Below the pieces are notes generated by a model. The model made no database searches, was not told where the DNA came from, and was given only the letters and a program-made list of their open reading frames with translations. Source: a virus. From it: DNA of 64,000 nucleotides. Every line of letters starts with the position of its first letter. The stretch's first letter is position 1. Below, one piece after another: positions 11,118-22,047 of the stretch. The stretch is taken from the IMG/VR virus record IMGVR_UViG_3300032309_001546, positions 1 through 64,000 of that record; one strand, written 5' to 3'. A program made the translations under genes and the position numbers.

Positions 11118-13262
11118 ATGGGTATAAGTTTTACAATATCAGTCTCTGGGAAACCCATTGAGAATGAATATCCTATTGACGTTTTTGTTAGAGCAAAGCG
11201 TGATTTTATTACATGGCGTCAGAAAGTAAAAGATAGTGATGTGCAACTTGCATATTTAGAAACAGAACCAATGGTCTCTCATCTTGCTGTTGAAGTAGCT
11301 GATCATTTACAAGAATTAAGAAATTCAAATACAGAAACAATCCGTAGTACAACTGCAACTACATTGGTCTCTGAGTCTCCTAATCTTATCTTTACAACTG
11401 TTGTAAGAGATACAAACTTTGGCAGTACACCAGCATTCTATTCACATAGAGTACCTGTTAACGCAACAAAGGTAACTTTTTCTCCTTGGAATAAAGCAAT
11501 AGATTCAAGTGTTGCAATGTTTGATACGTATTACAGTGCTGTGTTTTCTGATTTAGAGAACTACATTGATCTGGATACGGGAGCTTACAATGCTTCCTAT
11601 GTCAAATATACAAGTGTTAATTCTGAAGGGGATGTAGAAGTAAAGACAGAAGTCTATAATAGACAACCTTTCTTTCGGCAAATGACTTCATTTGATTTAG
11701 AGTTTGATAGCAGCCTTGGTGATTTCTTTGTTGCTCCTAATAAAGGTCTCTACCAAAAAACTTTGCAGCCAAATGGTAAATGGCTTTATCAGATATATAA
11801 AGATCCAGACGTTGTTCTTTATTATAAAGAAGATATGGAGTCGACCGGCAAAGTAACAGTTTCTGAAAATATCAAGAGTGAATATTTCTGGCCACTAGAA
11901 ATAAAAGGCTCAGGAGTTATCTATTCAGTCGATATTGGTGACGACGCAGAAAAACAAAAGTACACTTATGATTGGGCTGATGAAAGAGTTGACTACTTCC
12001 CATATGCTCCTTATGTAACTATAAAGAAAGAAGCTTACATTATAAATAATCAAACTCTTCTTGTAGCTGATAAGAACATTGTCTTAGATCCAACCTTAAA
12101 TATCCACTTAACATTAAGAGTAATGAGAGATGGAAAGATTCTATTTGCTCAGACCACTAGGCCTGAGATCCTTGATCTTAGAATTTCAGGTTCTTACTCC
12201 AATGAAGATATTGTTAAGTATGAAGCTTTTACTGGTAACGTAGATTATTCTCTTGGTGTAATCTCGCTAGTTTCAAGCTACCCTCTAATGATGACCGATA
12301 AGGTCTTGATAGAGTATGTTGTAGAGCAGGCGCGTTCTGAGAAAGTTATTGCTAATGTTAACCCGGGGCAAAACAAGAAACTACTAACAAGCAATCTATT
12401 GTATTACGCTACACCAGTGGTAGGTGAAGTTAAGTCGAAGATTTTTTGGGTATCTTATCAGAAAGCTTTCAACACAATAACTAACGACTTTGATTTCTTT
12501 GTGGTAGATACAAATGACTCAGTTGTTAATCCTTACAAAGGAAAGCTATTAAAAGTTCTTATTGAAGAATGCTTTGCAAGAGATCCCTACTATGACTTTC
12601 ATAGTACAAACATTTATAATTACTTGCCAGTTGCAACTGTTTCTTTTGATAAGCATAGATATTTAAAGAAAGTGCAGCATAAAGATCTTAGAGTTTTCTC
12701 AGGATTAAAAGATGATCTTACTCTTGAGCGTAAAGGCAAAGATTTTGCTTTTTCAAATATCTTGAATCCAGCTGGAACTTATGAATTAGATCTAGCTGCT
12801 CAGGCTGTTGTCTTTGTAGATAAGACTGAAATAGCAGAAAGAACAATTAAAGATATAGAAACTATTATTAAGGACAATATTAAGATAGGAATTATTCCTC
12901 ATGTTGTTTATCTTAACCGTCCTAAAGTTATGTTTGCTAAGTGTCAGAATATCTCTAATAATCTAGACTTCTCAGTAAAAGTAAAAGATGCTCCAGTATG
13001 GAAAACATTAAAGGTCTATCTCGCAGTTAATAAGGAAAAGATATCAACAAATGATATTGAACTTTTAGCTTTAGACACAGCAGATAATTTAATTACTGAG
13101 GGCGAAGATGGATGGTCAATTCTTGGTAATGGTATTGACCCAGATGTTTTATCAGGAAGTGCAGTTAGAGATAGTAAATTATATTTTTATACAAAATGGG
13201 TAAACTCAGATAGTACTGTTGAAAGCGATACAAGCAGTATCTCTTGCGTTCATGTTAAGTAA
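11118..13262 (+). CDS. Putative virion structural protein
   Basis: 714 aa in the structural operon; 'VDYSLGVISL' resembles the beta motif seen in neighbouring proteins. Confidence 0.5.
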   Translation: MGISFTISVSGKPIENEYPIDVFVRAKRDFITWRQKVKDSDVQLAYLETEPMVSHLAVEVADHLQELRNSNTETIRSTTATTLVSESPNLIFTTVVRDTNFGSTPAFYSHRVPVNATKVTFSPWNKAIDSSVAMFDTYYSAVFSDLENYIDLDTGAYNASYVKYTSVNSEGDVEVKTEVYNRQPFFRQMTSFDLEFDSSLGDFFVAPNKGLYQKTLQPNGKWLYQIYKDPDVVLYYKEDMESTGKVTVSENIKSEYFWPLEIKGSGVIYSVDIGDDAEKQKYTYDWADERVDYFPYAPYVTIKKEAYIINNQTLLVADKNIVLDPTLNIHLTLRVMRDGKILFAQTTRPEILDLRISGSYSNEDIVKYEAFTGNVDYSLGVISLVSSYPLMMTDKVLIEYVVEQARSEKVIANVNPGQNKKLLTSNLLYYATPVVGEVKSKIFWVSYQKAFNTITNDFDFFVVDTNDSVVNPYKGKLLKVLIEECFARDPYYDFHSTNIYNYLPVATVSFDKHRYLKKVQHKDLRVFSGLKDDLTLERKGKDFAFSNILNPAGTYELDLAAQAVVFVDKTEIAERTIKDIETIIKDNIKIGIIPHVVYLNRPKVMFAKCQNISNNLDFSVKVKDAPVWKTLKVYLAVNKEKISTNDIELLALDTADNLITEGEDGWSILGNGIDPDVLSGSAVRDSKLYFYTKWVNSDSTVESDTSSISCVHVK

Positions 13263-13270
13263 GGTAAGTA

Positions 13271-14416
13271 ATGAATCTCTCTTGGTTTAGTACAAATTCT
13301 TTTGCGAGCGCAAGTGATCTGCTGAACACTAACACTACACTTTCAACTGACTATACTGGCAATCTAATCGACTACCAGGATATGTGGGTGTCAAATAATG
13401 GCTATGAAGATAGCACTGGGAATCTTATTGACTTTGGGTTCTATGTGTCTGGGCTTGATATTAATGCCTATAACGAACTGCTTAAATTAGGTAGTGTAGC
13501 TGATGCATCTGATGTGTACTGCGGACTATATGTTATATTTGGATATACAACATCTACAGGATCACAGTCTTGGATTGATAAGTTTGAAACTTCAATAGCA
13601 AATGAAGAATATACTTTTCTTAATATTCCTAGTTCAGTTATGTATAGTGCACCTGCTTCAGGTGCTACTTTTAACTTTACTTTACCTCTTGGCTCTACAG
13701 GAAGTTATACTGTTCCTATGGTTGATATTGCTTCAGGCGGGACTGGCTATGCAGTAGGAGACAGTTGCTATGTTAGTGGTAGTGCACTAGGTGGAGTTGA
13801 TTCTATTAATGATGCTTATGTAACTGCAAGTACAGTAACAGGAGCAAGTAGAACTTATACCAATATCTTTATACCGGGCGGATTGGGCGGATATTGCAGC
13901 GTCACAGTCTCTGCAGGGGGGGTATACTCAGTAAGTCTTACCTCAGGAGGAGCAGGCTATACAGCAAGCTCACAGACTATAAGTGGAGAGGTCCTGGGAG
14001 GAACAAGTCCAGCTAATAATTTAACTGTATCAATTGGAGTAACTGGCGGCGGTGTAATTAATAGTATCTCAACGACAAGCACAAACGGAAAGATAAGAGG
14101 TGCTATTGCTAGTGTCACTGTTACTGGAACCCATGAAAATCCATCTTATATATTTAACTCAAATTATGCTAAGTTTAGAGTGAACTGGGACGCCGGCACT
14201 AATATTTTAAATAAGATTAACATTAGCTCAGCGTATACATATAATGGCTCTACTTATGTATTAAGAAATACTTTTCCAGTAAATGAAGGTAGTTCTAATG
14301 CTAATGATGAGACAAAAGGAAGACTTAAAGTTAGATTTATAATAAAGTCTCCGCCTGCTGGTAGTTCTATACTGAGTAAGATAACACTGAATGCGGCAGC
14401 ACTTGGGGAGCTATAA
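13271..14416 (+). CDS. Gly/Ser/Thr-rich virion protein (fibre/appendage-like)
   Basis: Two internal repeats 'SGGTGYAVGD...SGSALGG' and 'SGGAGYTA...SGEVLGG'. Confidence 0.55.
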   Translation: MNLSWFSTNSFASASDLLNTNTTLSTDYTGNLIDYQDMWVSNNGYEDSTGNLIDFGFYVSGLDINAYNELLKLGSVADASDVYCGLYVIFGYTTSTGSQSWIDKFETSIANEEYTFLNIPSSVMYSAPASGATFNFTLPLGSTGSYTVPMVDIASGGTGYAVGDSCYVSGSALGGVDSINDAYVTASTVTGASRTYTNIFIPGGLGGYCSVTVSAGGVYSVSLTSGGAGYTASSQTISGEVLGGTSPANNLTVSIGVTGGGVINSISTTSTNGKIRGAIASVTVTGTHENPSYIFNSNYAKFRVNWDAGTNILNKINISSAYTYNGSTYVLRNTFPVNEGSSNANDETKGRLKVRFIIKSPPAGSSILSKITLNAAALGEL

Positions 14417-14419
14417 ACA

Positions 14420-14797
14420 ATGCAATGGCGAGAAAACTCTACTGATTCTTTTGTTAGTATAACATCTGTACCGCTTTATCAAAAAAGATTAAGCAGACTA
14501 GAGTTAAAGATAAATAATAAGATTATTCAGATTTTATTGTGTGGAAATTTTTCTGTAAAAAAAAGAAAAGTTGTACTACATGGTATAGTTAGAAACACTT
14601 ATAAAATCTCAATCAATGAGATGTCTAATGACATTACATTTTTAGAAGTATCTGGGGATCCTTTCTTTGTTGAGATATATGCGCTCACAAAAGCTCCCAA
14701 GTTATTTTCTGGAAATATTACTAAGAAGTTACTAGTTAACAAAAAGCATCTAAGAGTAGATATAGTATTGGATAATAATGGAAAGATAGTTAACTAA
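14420..14797 (+). CDS. Hypothetical protein (structural operon)
   Basis: 125-aa ORF with GGAG RBS, tightly packed. Confidence 0.5.
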   Translation: MQWRENSTDSFVSITSVPLYQKRLSRLELKINNKIIQILLCGNFSVKKRKVVLHGIVRNTYKISINEMSNDITFLEVSGDPFFVEIYALTKAPKLFSGNITKKLLVNKKHLRVDIVLDNNGKIVN

Positions 14798-14806
14798 AAG
14801 GTTGCA

Positions 14807-16123
14807 ATGAAAATCAATTTTGAAAATCAATTAGTCTTTCTTTCTGTGCCCACTACTGATCTTAGTGGGGCCACTTTAGATGGCAAAGGTAAGATGCAAA
14901 TGTTTGAAAAAGCATTAATGGACTTAGAGCAGAAGTATCTAGCAGTGAGCAATGAGTCTGCACGCCTAGGAACAAGACAAAAAGAAGATGTATCTAACTT
15001 CTTAGACTTTACAAATAAAGAATTAATGGAAAGCTTATTAGTAAATTTTCCTAGTATACAATCAGGAATGATTGATACAGTTCCTTTATTCTTAAATGGA
15101 AAACCTCTTAATGGTAGTACTACAATAACATTGTCAGGTGCGACTGAAGACTTTGAAATTTCTCCTGTAAAGAAAATGTTTAAAGAGACAGCTAATATTT
15201 ATCTGGGTGATCTTGGTGAGGATTTACCATACACTTTTGTAAGTGTAAAAATTGATCAACCTAAGCTTGTCTCTTCCTTTTCTGTGCATAGAAATCTAGC
15301 AGATTTAAAATTAATAAAGTGGAAGAATAGTGATCAGGTCTGGGAAGATTATGATGCTCTTCCTGGATTTATACAGTATCAAAATGTTACGTTCCTAGAC
15401 ATTGAGACGAATGAGATTTCTTTTTATGTAAGAAATAATAAGATTAATAATCGCTACTACTGTGATTTGAAAGTTATTCCTTTTTATAAAACATATGATT
15501 TTACTGGAACAAGTTTTTTCTGGGATAAAGACTTACCAATCAATGGAGTATATGCAATAGCCTTTGATTCAGAGATGCCGTTCTATATTGAATTGAAAAT
15601 TATAATTGACAAAAGAGAATACAACGTACAGTTACCAGCAACAAACAATGCACTATCAAGAATGGAAGTAGAGGCATATACATCCAGTGGTAGTAATACA
15701 GAGACTATTTTTAAATGCCCATATCCAGTGGATCTAAGTCAAAGCTTATCTCTCTTGAAAGACATATCAAACTCAAATGAATCGACTGCGCTAACTGGAT
15801 GGTCTGTGAGTCTAGACAAGATAACTTGGCTCTCAGAAAGCCAAGCTGACCAATTAATATATGGAACTGATTATAGTAAAAAATCAAAGTTTACTTATTT
15901 TAAAGTTCCAGGATATTATGAAAATGCTTATCTTTTATATAGACTAAATAAGAACGTTAATTCAAATTGGTTTATAACAAATAATGAAGTCTTGTTCTTC
16001 AACGGGAGCGGAATAAGTATTAATAACAAACTAGGAAGTTCTGTCAAGATAAGCGGTAAAGCATATTGCTTTGGCTCTAATTCGAGTGATGTGTTTCCTC
16101 TTGGCGTTTTAGGAATTGACTAA
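14807..16123 (+). CDS. Putative structural protein (N-terminal coiled coil, then beta domains)
   Basis: 438 aa; heptad-like 'FEKALMDLEQKYLAVSNE' followed by a beta-rich region. Confidence 0.5.
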   Translation: MKINFENQLVFLSVPTTDLSGATLDGKGKMQMFEKALMDLEQKYLAVSNESARLGTRQKEDVSNFLDFTNKELMESLLVNFPSIQSGMIDTVPLFLNGKPLNGSTTITLSGATEDFEISPVKKMFKETANIYLGDLGEDLPYTFVSVKIDQPKLVSSFSVHRNLADLKLIKWKNSDQVWEDYDALPGFIQYQNVTFLDIETNEISFYVRNNKINNRYYCDLKVIPFYKTYDFTGTSFFWDKDLPINGVYAIAFDSEMPFYIELKIIIDKREYNVQLPATNNALSRMEVEAYTSSGSNTETIFKCPYPVDLSQSLSLLKDISNSNESTALTGWSVSLDKITWLSESQADQLIYGTDYSKKSKFTYFKVPGYYENAYLLYRLNKNVNSNWFITNNEVLFFNGSGISINNKLGSSVKISGKAYCFGSNSSDVFPLGVLGID

Positions 16124-18708
16124 TGCTAGAAAAACTAAATTTAAAGCTCAAAGATATTGATGCTAAACTAAGTAGTCCTGATGTGTTTCAAGAAAGTTTT
16201 ACTACTTTCTTAGATGACACTGATACAAAGACAATTCATCGTCATACTAAGTTAGACTTTGAGAATACAGCTATCCCTATAATCAGACTTCTTGATATTA
16301 TGGCAAATCTCCAAGGCATGATGACTGACTTGAATAAGTTACAAGTTAAATTCTACAATAACAGAGAAGTACAAATGGGTCTTATGAAGGATAGAGTAGA
16401 AGTTCTCCATTTAAGGAGAAAACTTTTATCTTCCCTTGAGACAGGAATTCGAACTGGTTTACTTTGCCTGAATGATAAAAAAATGTTAAAGATTGGAAGC
16501 AGTTATGAGATTGACTCTAATGGTATTTCCTTTCCACTTATAGAACAGAAAAGAATTGTTCCAGTGTCGGTAACTTTTTCAAGAGACAGCAATGTCAGAA
16601 TGGGTATGCTTGGTAATGAATTTTTAAATTCTAGAGTTCAAGCAATACATACAGAGAGCCAGAACGATACATTCTCAGCACATAGAACAGACTTAGAAGA
16701 CATTTATATATCATTCAGCTCAAAGCTAGGAAGAATGGAAATTATAAATGAAGTAGACTTTGCTTGGATTGAGAAGCCTGGACAAACAATATCTTTAAGA
16801 ATTAAAGATTCTTTAACAGGTAGAATCCTACATGATAAACCTGTAGCAGAATCTATTATTAAATTAGACTATCCAGTTGAGACTAATGAGATTGCAGTAG
16901 AAATTAAAGCAACTGGGATTGAGGTAAACCAGTTAGATATAAAAGAGTTGTCTCTTCATCAAAGAAAATACAAAGATACTCTTAAAATAGAAACAGTTGC
17001 ATTGCCAAGCTTTTCCAATAAATACTTAACTTTCGAAAATGTAAAGTACAAGGTTGACTATCATAAAGATTTCTTAGATACAACTGTAAGAGTAAAAGAT
17101 TTTAAGCTAAACAACCTAGCATCTGAAGAGCAGATTGGCGGACCATATAAAGATCCAGTCTTTATTATTGAGTCGAAGCTAAAGAATAAAGCAAACATAC
17201 TTAATTACTTACAGAAGCCTAGTTATACTTCTACTAAGCTAGTTCCATCAGAGCCAAACTATAAGACTTTCCTAGAGCTAGCAACCGCCAAAGCATTCTC
17301 TTTAACACAAGAGAAGCAAGGAAGCAATTCAATCTATATGATATTGCCTATTCCGGGTATGGAATGCTTTATAGATGTTAGTGTTGATGGTGTAAGCTTT
17401 GTGCGTCGCTTGTCAAGTGAAGTACTATGGGATAAGGAATACTTTATACAGTACACTGGAACTGGATATCTATTGACGTTTAATAACCTACCTTGGAAGA
17501 GTGTGGTGACTTGCAAAGTCACATCAATGCCTTCTTATATTGATAAAGATAAAATCTACTTTCCCTATGCCGGTCTTGGTACCCAGATAGCAGTATCTTA
17601 CGCAAAGGATATAAGAAAGAAAAAAATTGCAATTGTTACTTCTGATGGCAATATACTAGATCTAAAGGTAAAGAACATACAGAGAGTAGCTTTCATTGAT
17701 AGAAATGGAGTTGAGAACACTAGCTATTCTGAAAGAAGAATAAGTGATACTCTTACTGCTAATAACTATGCAATAGATTATAAATCTGGTTTACTTTATT
17801 TTGGTTCTGGGATCTCTGGATTTGCTGAAGTAACATATTTACTTCCTGCTAATACTAGTTCAATTGTTTTATATGAAGAAAAAGACATACCTTGTCCTGC
17901 TGATATTGAAGTATTTGAATATAGCGGCCTATTAAGCAGCTTTGATATTTCATCAACAGAGATAAACAATAGTCATATTTTTGGCTATCAAAAGTACAAT
18001 AGAATTCTAGGGAAGGTGAATACTGCGCTGGGTATGATTCAGCTTCCTAATTTTATATCTTTGCATAAAGGTTCTGTTTCTCTTGGTAATTCGACTTTAA
18101 AGAAAAAAGAAGTTGAATATATTGATGGTACAAGTGAATTGTACAACAGAGAAATTGAATCAAACTATTATGATTATGAGAAGACAGAATTTGGATGGCA
18201 TATTTATAAATTCAGAAGCGCAACCTTGCCAGTAGCTTATGAGAAGTGTAATCTTGTCTTTGAAAGTCCATTTCTAATACAAAGAAAAGAAATTGGAAGT
18301 GGATTGAGTAGTTCCATCGTCAATGATGGAGATTACTATATAGCTCCTGCTACTCCTGCGCATCCAGAAGCTGTATTGTTATATGTAAAAAATGCAGGAT
18401 TCCCTACAGTTCCGGCTGCGAGTATTAAAGTTAGAATTGAGAAAGATATATCTGATGACGTGTTCAGCGTAGATTACACAAGCAATGTAATATATACAAA
18501 AAATCTAGAAGATTTTGCTGGAGATATTAAATTTAAGTATAGTACATTCAGACTTTATCAGTTTAGTCTTGCTCTTGAGGTTGACAGAGAAGACGTAGCA
18601 TCAGGTAATGTTTATTACTCCTATGTTAATAATATTAAAACTGGAGAAAGATTACTATCATATTTCAGTCCAACATTTGAATCTATTTCAATAGGGATAA
18701 TTGGCTAA
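16123..18708 (+). CDS. Putative structural protein (N-terminal coiled coil, then beta domains)
   Basis: 861 aa; TAATG coupling at both ends; recurring 'IDYKSGLLYF' / 'VDYTSNVIY' motifs. Confidence 0.5.
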   Translation: MLEKLNLKLKDIDAKLSSPDVFQESFTTFLDDTDTKTIHRHTKLDFENTAIPIIRLLDIMANLQGMMTDLNKLQVKFYNNREVQMGLMKDRVEVLHLRRKLLSSLETGIRTGLLCLNDKKMLKIGSSYEIDSNGISFPLIEQKRIVPVSVTFSRDSNVRMGMLGNEFLNSRVQAIHTESQNDTFSAHRTDLEDIYISFSSKLGRMEIINEVDFAWIEKPGQTISLRIKDSLTGRILHDKPVAESIIKLDYPVETNEIAVEIKATGIEVNQLDIKELSLHQRKYKDTLKIETVALPSFSNKYLTFENVKYKVDYHKDFLDTTVRVKDFKLNNLASEEQIGGPYKDPVFIIESKLKNKANILNYLQKPSYTSTKLVPSEPNYKTFLELATAKAFSLTQEKQGSNSIYMILPIPGMECFIDVSVDGVSFVRRLSSEVLWDKEYFIQYTGTGYLLTFNNLPWKSVVTCKVTSMPSYIDKDKIYFPYAGLGTQIAVSYAKDIRKKKIAIVTSDGNILDLKVKNIQRVAFIDRNGVENTSYSERRISDTLTANNYAIDYKSGLLYFGSGISGFAEVTYLLPANTSSIVLYEEKDIPCPADIEVFEYSGLLSSFDISSTEINNSHIFGYQKYNRILGKVNTALGMIQLPNFISLHKGSVSLGNSTLKKKEVEYIDGTSELYNREIESNYYDYEKTEFGWHIYKFRSATLPVAYEKCNLVFESPFLIQRKEIGSGLSSSIVNDGDYYIAPATPAHPEAVLLYVKNAGFPTVPAASIKVRIEKDISDDVFSVDYTSNVIYTKNLEDFAGDIKFKYSTFRLYQFSLALEVDREDVASGNVYYSYVNNIKTGERLLSYFSPTFESISIGIIG

Positions 18709-20588
18709 TGAATATAAATTATGAAAATAAATTATTCCATGGAGAAATTGATAATAACATCAAGGATGAATCCTTTCTTCATATCACAGATGTTTATACT
18801 AGCCCAGGTTTGTTTTCTGGAAAGCTAAATGAATTTAGGCAAAGAGTTCTTGCCTTGAGAGATAAGATTTACTCACAGGCTGTAGAGCTCGAAGAGGAAA
18901 TTATAAAATGGAATTCAGACTTTACAAAGATTCAACTAGGAGTTGAAGAGCTAGAAAGTAAAGTAAATGATGATTTGTTTTTGCGCAGTGACTCTGATGG
19001 GTACTATAAAACTCTTAATGAGAATTTCACAAAAGACCAAGGCGTATCTTATACTGACAGTAATAATGTTCTTGTAGATTTAACTTCTAACCTAGTTAGA
19101 CTAGAGACAGCAAGTGCCGAAAAGATAGCTTTAAAAAGTGAAAAGTATTCAATTGGAATAGTTAAGCCAACAAGTTCTGTTCAAGAAAGAGTTATTCCTG
19201 TTGCTGGAAGTGACTTAGCTAGCCTTAGCCAAGACAACTCTGCTGGGTGGACTGGCTCTATAACAAGTGCTAATCGAGCTCCTGTTTCTATTATGTTTGA
19301 AGTAACAATGAATACAACGGACTTTGTTTCTAATGTTGTCTTCTCAATGATGAATGGAGCGGGTAGTGCATCTCTGTCTGCTGTTACTATTGACTTAGAG
19401 AATAAAGCAAAAGTCATAATGGAGAATGCAGATGTTTCAAATACGAATATCATCGCAGTAAATGCTTCTGTTAAGAAGATTCAAATAATTATCTTTAAGA
19501 ACTCTTACGACCAAAGACTAGATAGCGGAGAGTATAGATATATTTTTCATATAAAGAAATTGCTTGTTGAAGGTGATAGTGTTTACAAGCAGAATGGAAC
19601 ATTCTCAAGTTCAGACTATACGGTCTCAAACGCAAGTAAAGTTGCAGTTGAAGTCTGTGACTTTGTAAACGATGCAACAAACATTCAATACTATTTGAAT
19701 GTTACAAATATGATAGATGGCTCAGTTTTTACAACACCAATCAATCCATTAAATAAGCCTCCGGGTTCGAGTCCCTATGCACTAAAGCTTACTGATTTAC
19801 AAGTATCTTCAAATTTGAATTCAGTTATAAGACCAGTTTCTGAAAGATCTAGCACTGAGATTATTGACATTCCTAACAATTTAAAGTTACTAAACTTTAC
19901 TAATGAATACAAAATCTTAAACTATACTGCTGCTCTTAATAAGAGCAATATTGGATCAGTAAACTTCTTTGCAAACTATATAGATGGATTATCCAATCCT
20001 TTAGATATCATTGAAAGAGTAGGAAGTTTTTACTATAGCTGGGTCTATATTAGTGGTGAAAGTAAACAGTCCATTGATGTAGGCAATTCCGGTATTACAA
20101 TTCAGGGACTTACAACATCAAATGGAATTATTAATCTAGATAAGACAGGCTGGTTCAAGATGAAGATTCCAGTATCTTCATACTATGACTCTGGTAAGAC
20201 TTTCGAATCAGTTGAAGAGTTGCAGGCTCTTGATCCATTGTATCCATATAATGGTAAATATATACTTGAAGGAACAAACTTACAGGTTGCACCTTATTTT
20301 GGATTCAAAAAGCGAGCAAAGAAAAAGTTGAACATGGTTGCAAATCTTCAGCAAATAGATGTAAATAGTTTTTATTTAATGAGAGACCAACCATTGGCAG
20401 GTGATTACGATATAAAAAATAAGTTTTATATTATCTTAGATAAGAGCACTGATATAAAGAATGGGTATTTTGAATACCAAAATCAAAATGATTTAATGTA
20501 TCTTCTAAAGTTCATTGCTAAGTTCACAACAAGTGACAAGACACAAACACCCATTTTGTCAAGCTATAAAATTAAACTAGGAGACTAG
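18708..20588 (+). CDS. Putative structural protein (coiled coil + beta sandwich)
   Basis: 626 aa; C-terminus 'KFIAKFTTSDKTQTPILSSYKIKL' is typical of large-phage virion proteins. Confidence 0.55.
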   Translation: MNINYENKLFHGEIDNNIKDESFLHITDVYTSPGLFSGKLNEFRQRVLALRDKIYSQAVELEEEIIKWNSDFTKIQLGVEELESKVNDDLFLRSDSDGYYKTLNENFTKDQGVSYTDSNNVLVDLTSNLVRLETASAEKIALKSEKYSIGIVKPTSSVQERVIPVAGSDLASLSQDNSAGWTGSITSANRAPVSIMFEVTMNTTDFVSNVVFSMMNGAGSASLSAVTIDLENKAKVIMENADVSNTNIIAVNASVKKIQIIIFKNSYDQRLDSGEYRYIFHIKKLLVEGDSVYKQNGTFSSSDYTVSNASKVAVEVCDFVNDATNIQYYLNVTNMIDGSVFTTPINPLNKPPGSSPYALKLTDLQVSSNLNSVIRPVSERSSTEIIDIPNNLKLLNFTNEYKILNYTAALNKSNIGSVNFFANYIDGLSNPLDIIERVGSFYYSWVYISGESKQSIDVGNSGITIQGLTTSNGIINLDKTGWFKMKIPVSSYYDSGKTFESVEELQALDPLYPYNGKYILEGTNLQVAPYFGFKKRAKKKLNMVANLQQIDVNSFYLMRDQPLAGDYDIKNKFYIILDKSTDIKNGYFEYQNQNDLMYLLKFIAKFTTSDKTQTPILSSYKIKLGD

Positions 20589-20589
20589 A

Positions 20590-21681
20590 ATGTCTGTCAA
20601 TAAAGTATCAATTGTTAATGCTGGAATTTATACAAATCCTAATACCTTTAGTAGATCACTTACTAAGGCATATGAGGATCTGGGAACACAGGTAAATCAG
20701 CTAGCTGATATCTTTACCTTTGGAGAAAGAGCTGTAGTTAATTCTGCGGATCTCACATCAAGATGGGAATGGACTACTAATACTAGTTTATCCGGTCAGA
20801 CGTCAATTACTGCTATTGAAAGTGGTCTTGATGGGACATCAGTTTATACCTATGCAGCAATGGATTACTTTAGTATTGATCCTATCTTTGTTGTTTATAA
20901 TTCTGATCCAAGCAATAACGATGAAAGTAGGCCGGCAACTATCTATGAGAGTTTTATCAAGCTAAAGACATACACTGATACTGCTATTGCACAAAGAACA
21001 TCTGCACTTGTTAATCTTGTCTCTACGTTAGATATAGATCTATCAGGCGTTGAAGACGGAACTATTATAAATAGCGTTGGTGAAGAGATCGCTGCAAGTG
21101 GTTGGCAGTTTATAACTGACTATGGGACTAATGATGATTATGGCTTAGTCGCGCCGGGCGGCAATAAATTACTTGCTAATGATGGATACTTAATTCTTGA
21201 AGCTCCAGTCGTTGAGCTTGAGACAGAGTATGTAAGAATAGGAACAGCTACTACGGCTCCTACTGGCCCAGATGCTGATGCCGGCAGAGTCTATTACTCT
21301 GGATACGATAAGAATCTTCACCTTGTAAATGAAGATGGAGATGATTATCCTCTAGGTGTCTCTTACTATGAAGAGGATATTGCCCTGTTAGAGTATTCAT
21401 TGACTGCAGATGCCGGTACAAATTTATTTACATGCGATACGGAAAACGATGGGCCTTGGATCTTAACCTTACCAGCATTGAATGGTGTTGCTACTGGTCG
21501 TCAAATTATAGTCGCCGATAATTCAAGCGCAGCTGGTGGTCCTCATTATATTGAAGTCTACCCAGCTGTAGGTGATTTATTTATTGGATATGGATCTGGC
21601 CCTGTTACTATAGATACAAATAATGGTGTACTTGGATTAATGTCAACCGTAAATGGTTGGTTAGTATTGTACGGGAGATAA
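20590..21681 (+). CDS. Tail-associated protein with a C-terminal T4 gp9/gp10-like beta domain
   Basis: 'DTENDGPWILTLP...GRQIIVAD...W' pattern. Confidence 0.5.
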   Translation: MSVNKVSIVNAGIYTNPNTFSRSLTKAYEDLGTQVNQLADIFTFGERAVVNSADLTSRWEWTTNTSLSGQTSITAIESGLDGTSVYTYAAMDYFSIDPIFVVYNSDPSNNDESRPATIYESFIKLKTYTDTAIAQRTSALVNLVSTLDIDLSGVEDGTIINSVGEEIAASGWQFITDYGTNDDYGLVAPGGNKLLANDGYLILEAPVVELETEYVRIGTATTAPTGPDADAGRVYYSGYDKNLHLVNEDGDDYPLGVSYYEEDIALLEYSLTADAGTNLFTCDTENDGPWILTLPALNGVATGRQIIVADNSSAAGGPHYIEVYPAVGDLFIGYGSGPVTIDTNNGVLGLMSTVNGWLVLYGR

Positions 21682-21682
21682 C

Positions 21683-22045
21683 ATGGCAACAGCATATACA
21701 AGTCAATTTGCACCTGGCGTACAGGTAGATAAAAAATTAACCATAGTAGAATTCAATGCGAGTAATGGAGATGACTACCAAGCTTCATTGCCATTTTTGT
21801 ATTTGCAAATAACAGACTTAGGAGGAGGTCAAGTTCTTCTTCACACTGCTCCAACTGATGGTGAAGAAATAATTATTGCTGATCATAATGGCAATGCATC
21901 TGCAACTCCTATACAAATAAGAGTAGGCACTGTTGGTCACAGTATAATTTCTGCACCAGATGGTATAGGCATAAACACAGACTATGGTCTTGTTTGCCTG
22001 AAATATGTTGCTACCAATTCTTGGGCAATTCTCTACGGGAGATAA
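21683..22045 (+). CDS. Small tail-associated protein, paralogous to the C-terminal domain of the upstream gene
   Basis: 'GEEIIIADHNG...INTDYGLVCL...WAILYGR' vs upstream 'GRQIIVADNSS...IDTNNGVLGL...WLVLYGR'. Confidence 0.6.
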   Translation: MATAYTSQFAPGVQVDKKLTIVEFNASNGDDYQASLPFLYLQITDLGGGQVLLHTAPTDGEEIIIADHNGNASATPIQIRVGTVGHSIISAPDGIGINTDYGLVCLKYVATNSWAILYGR

Positions 22046-22047
22046 TC

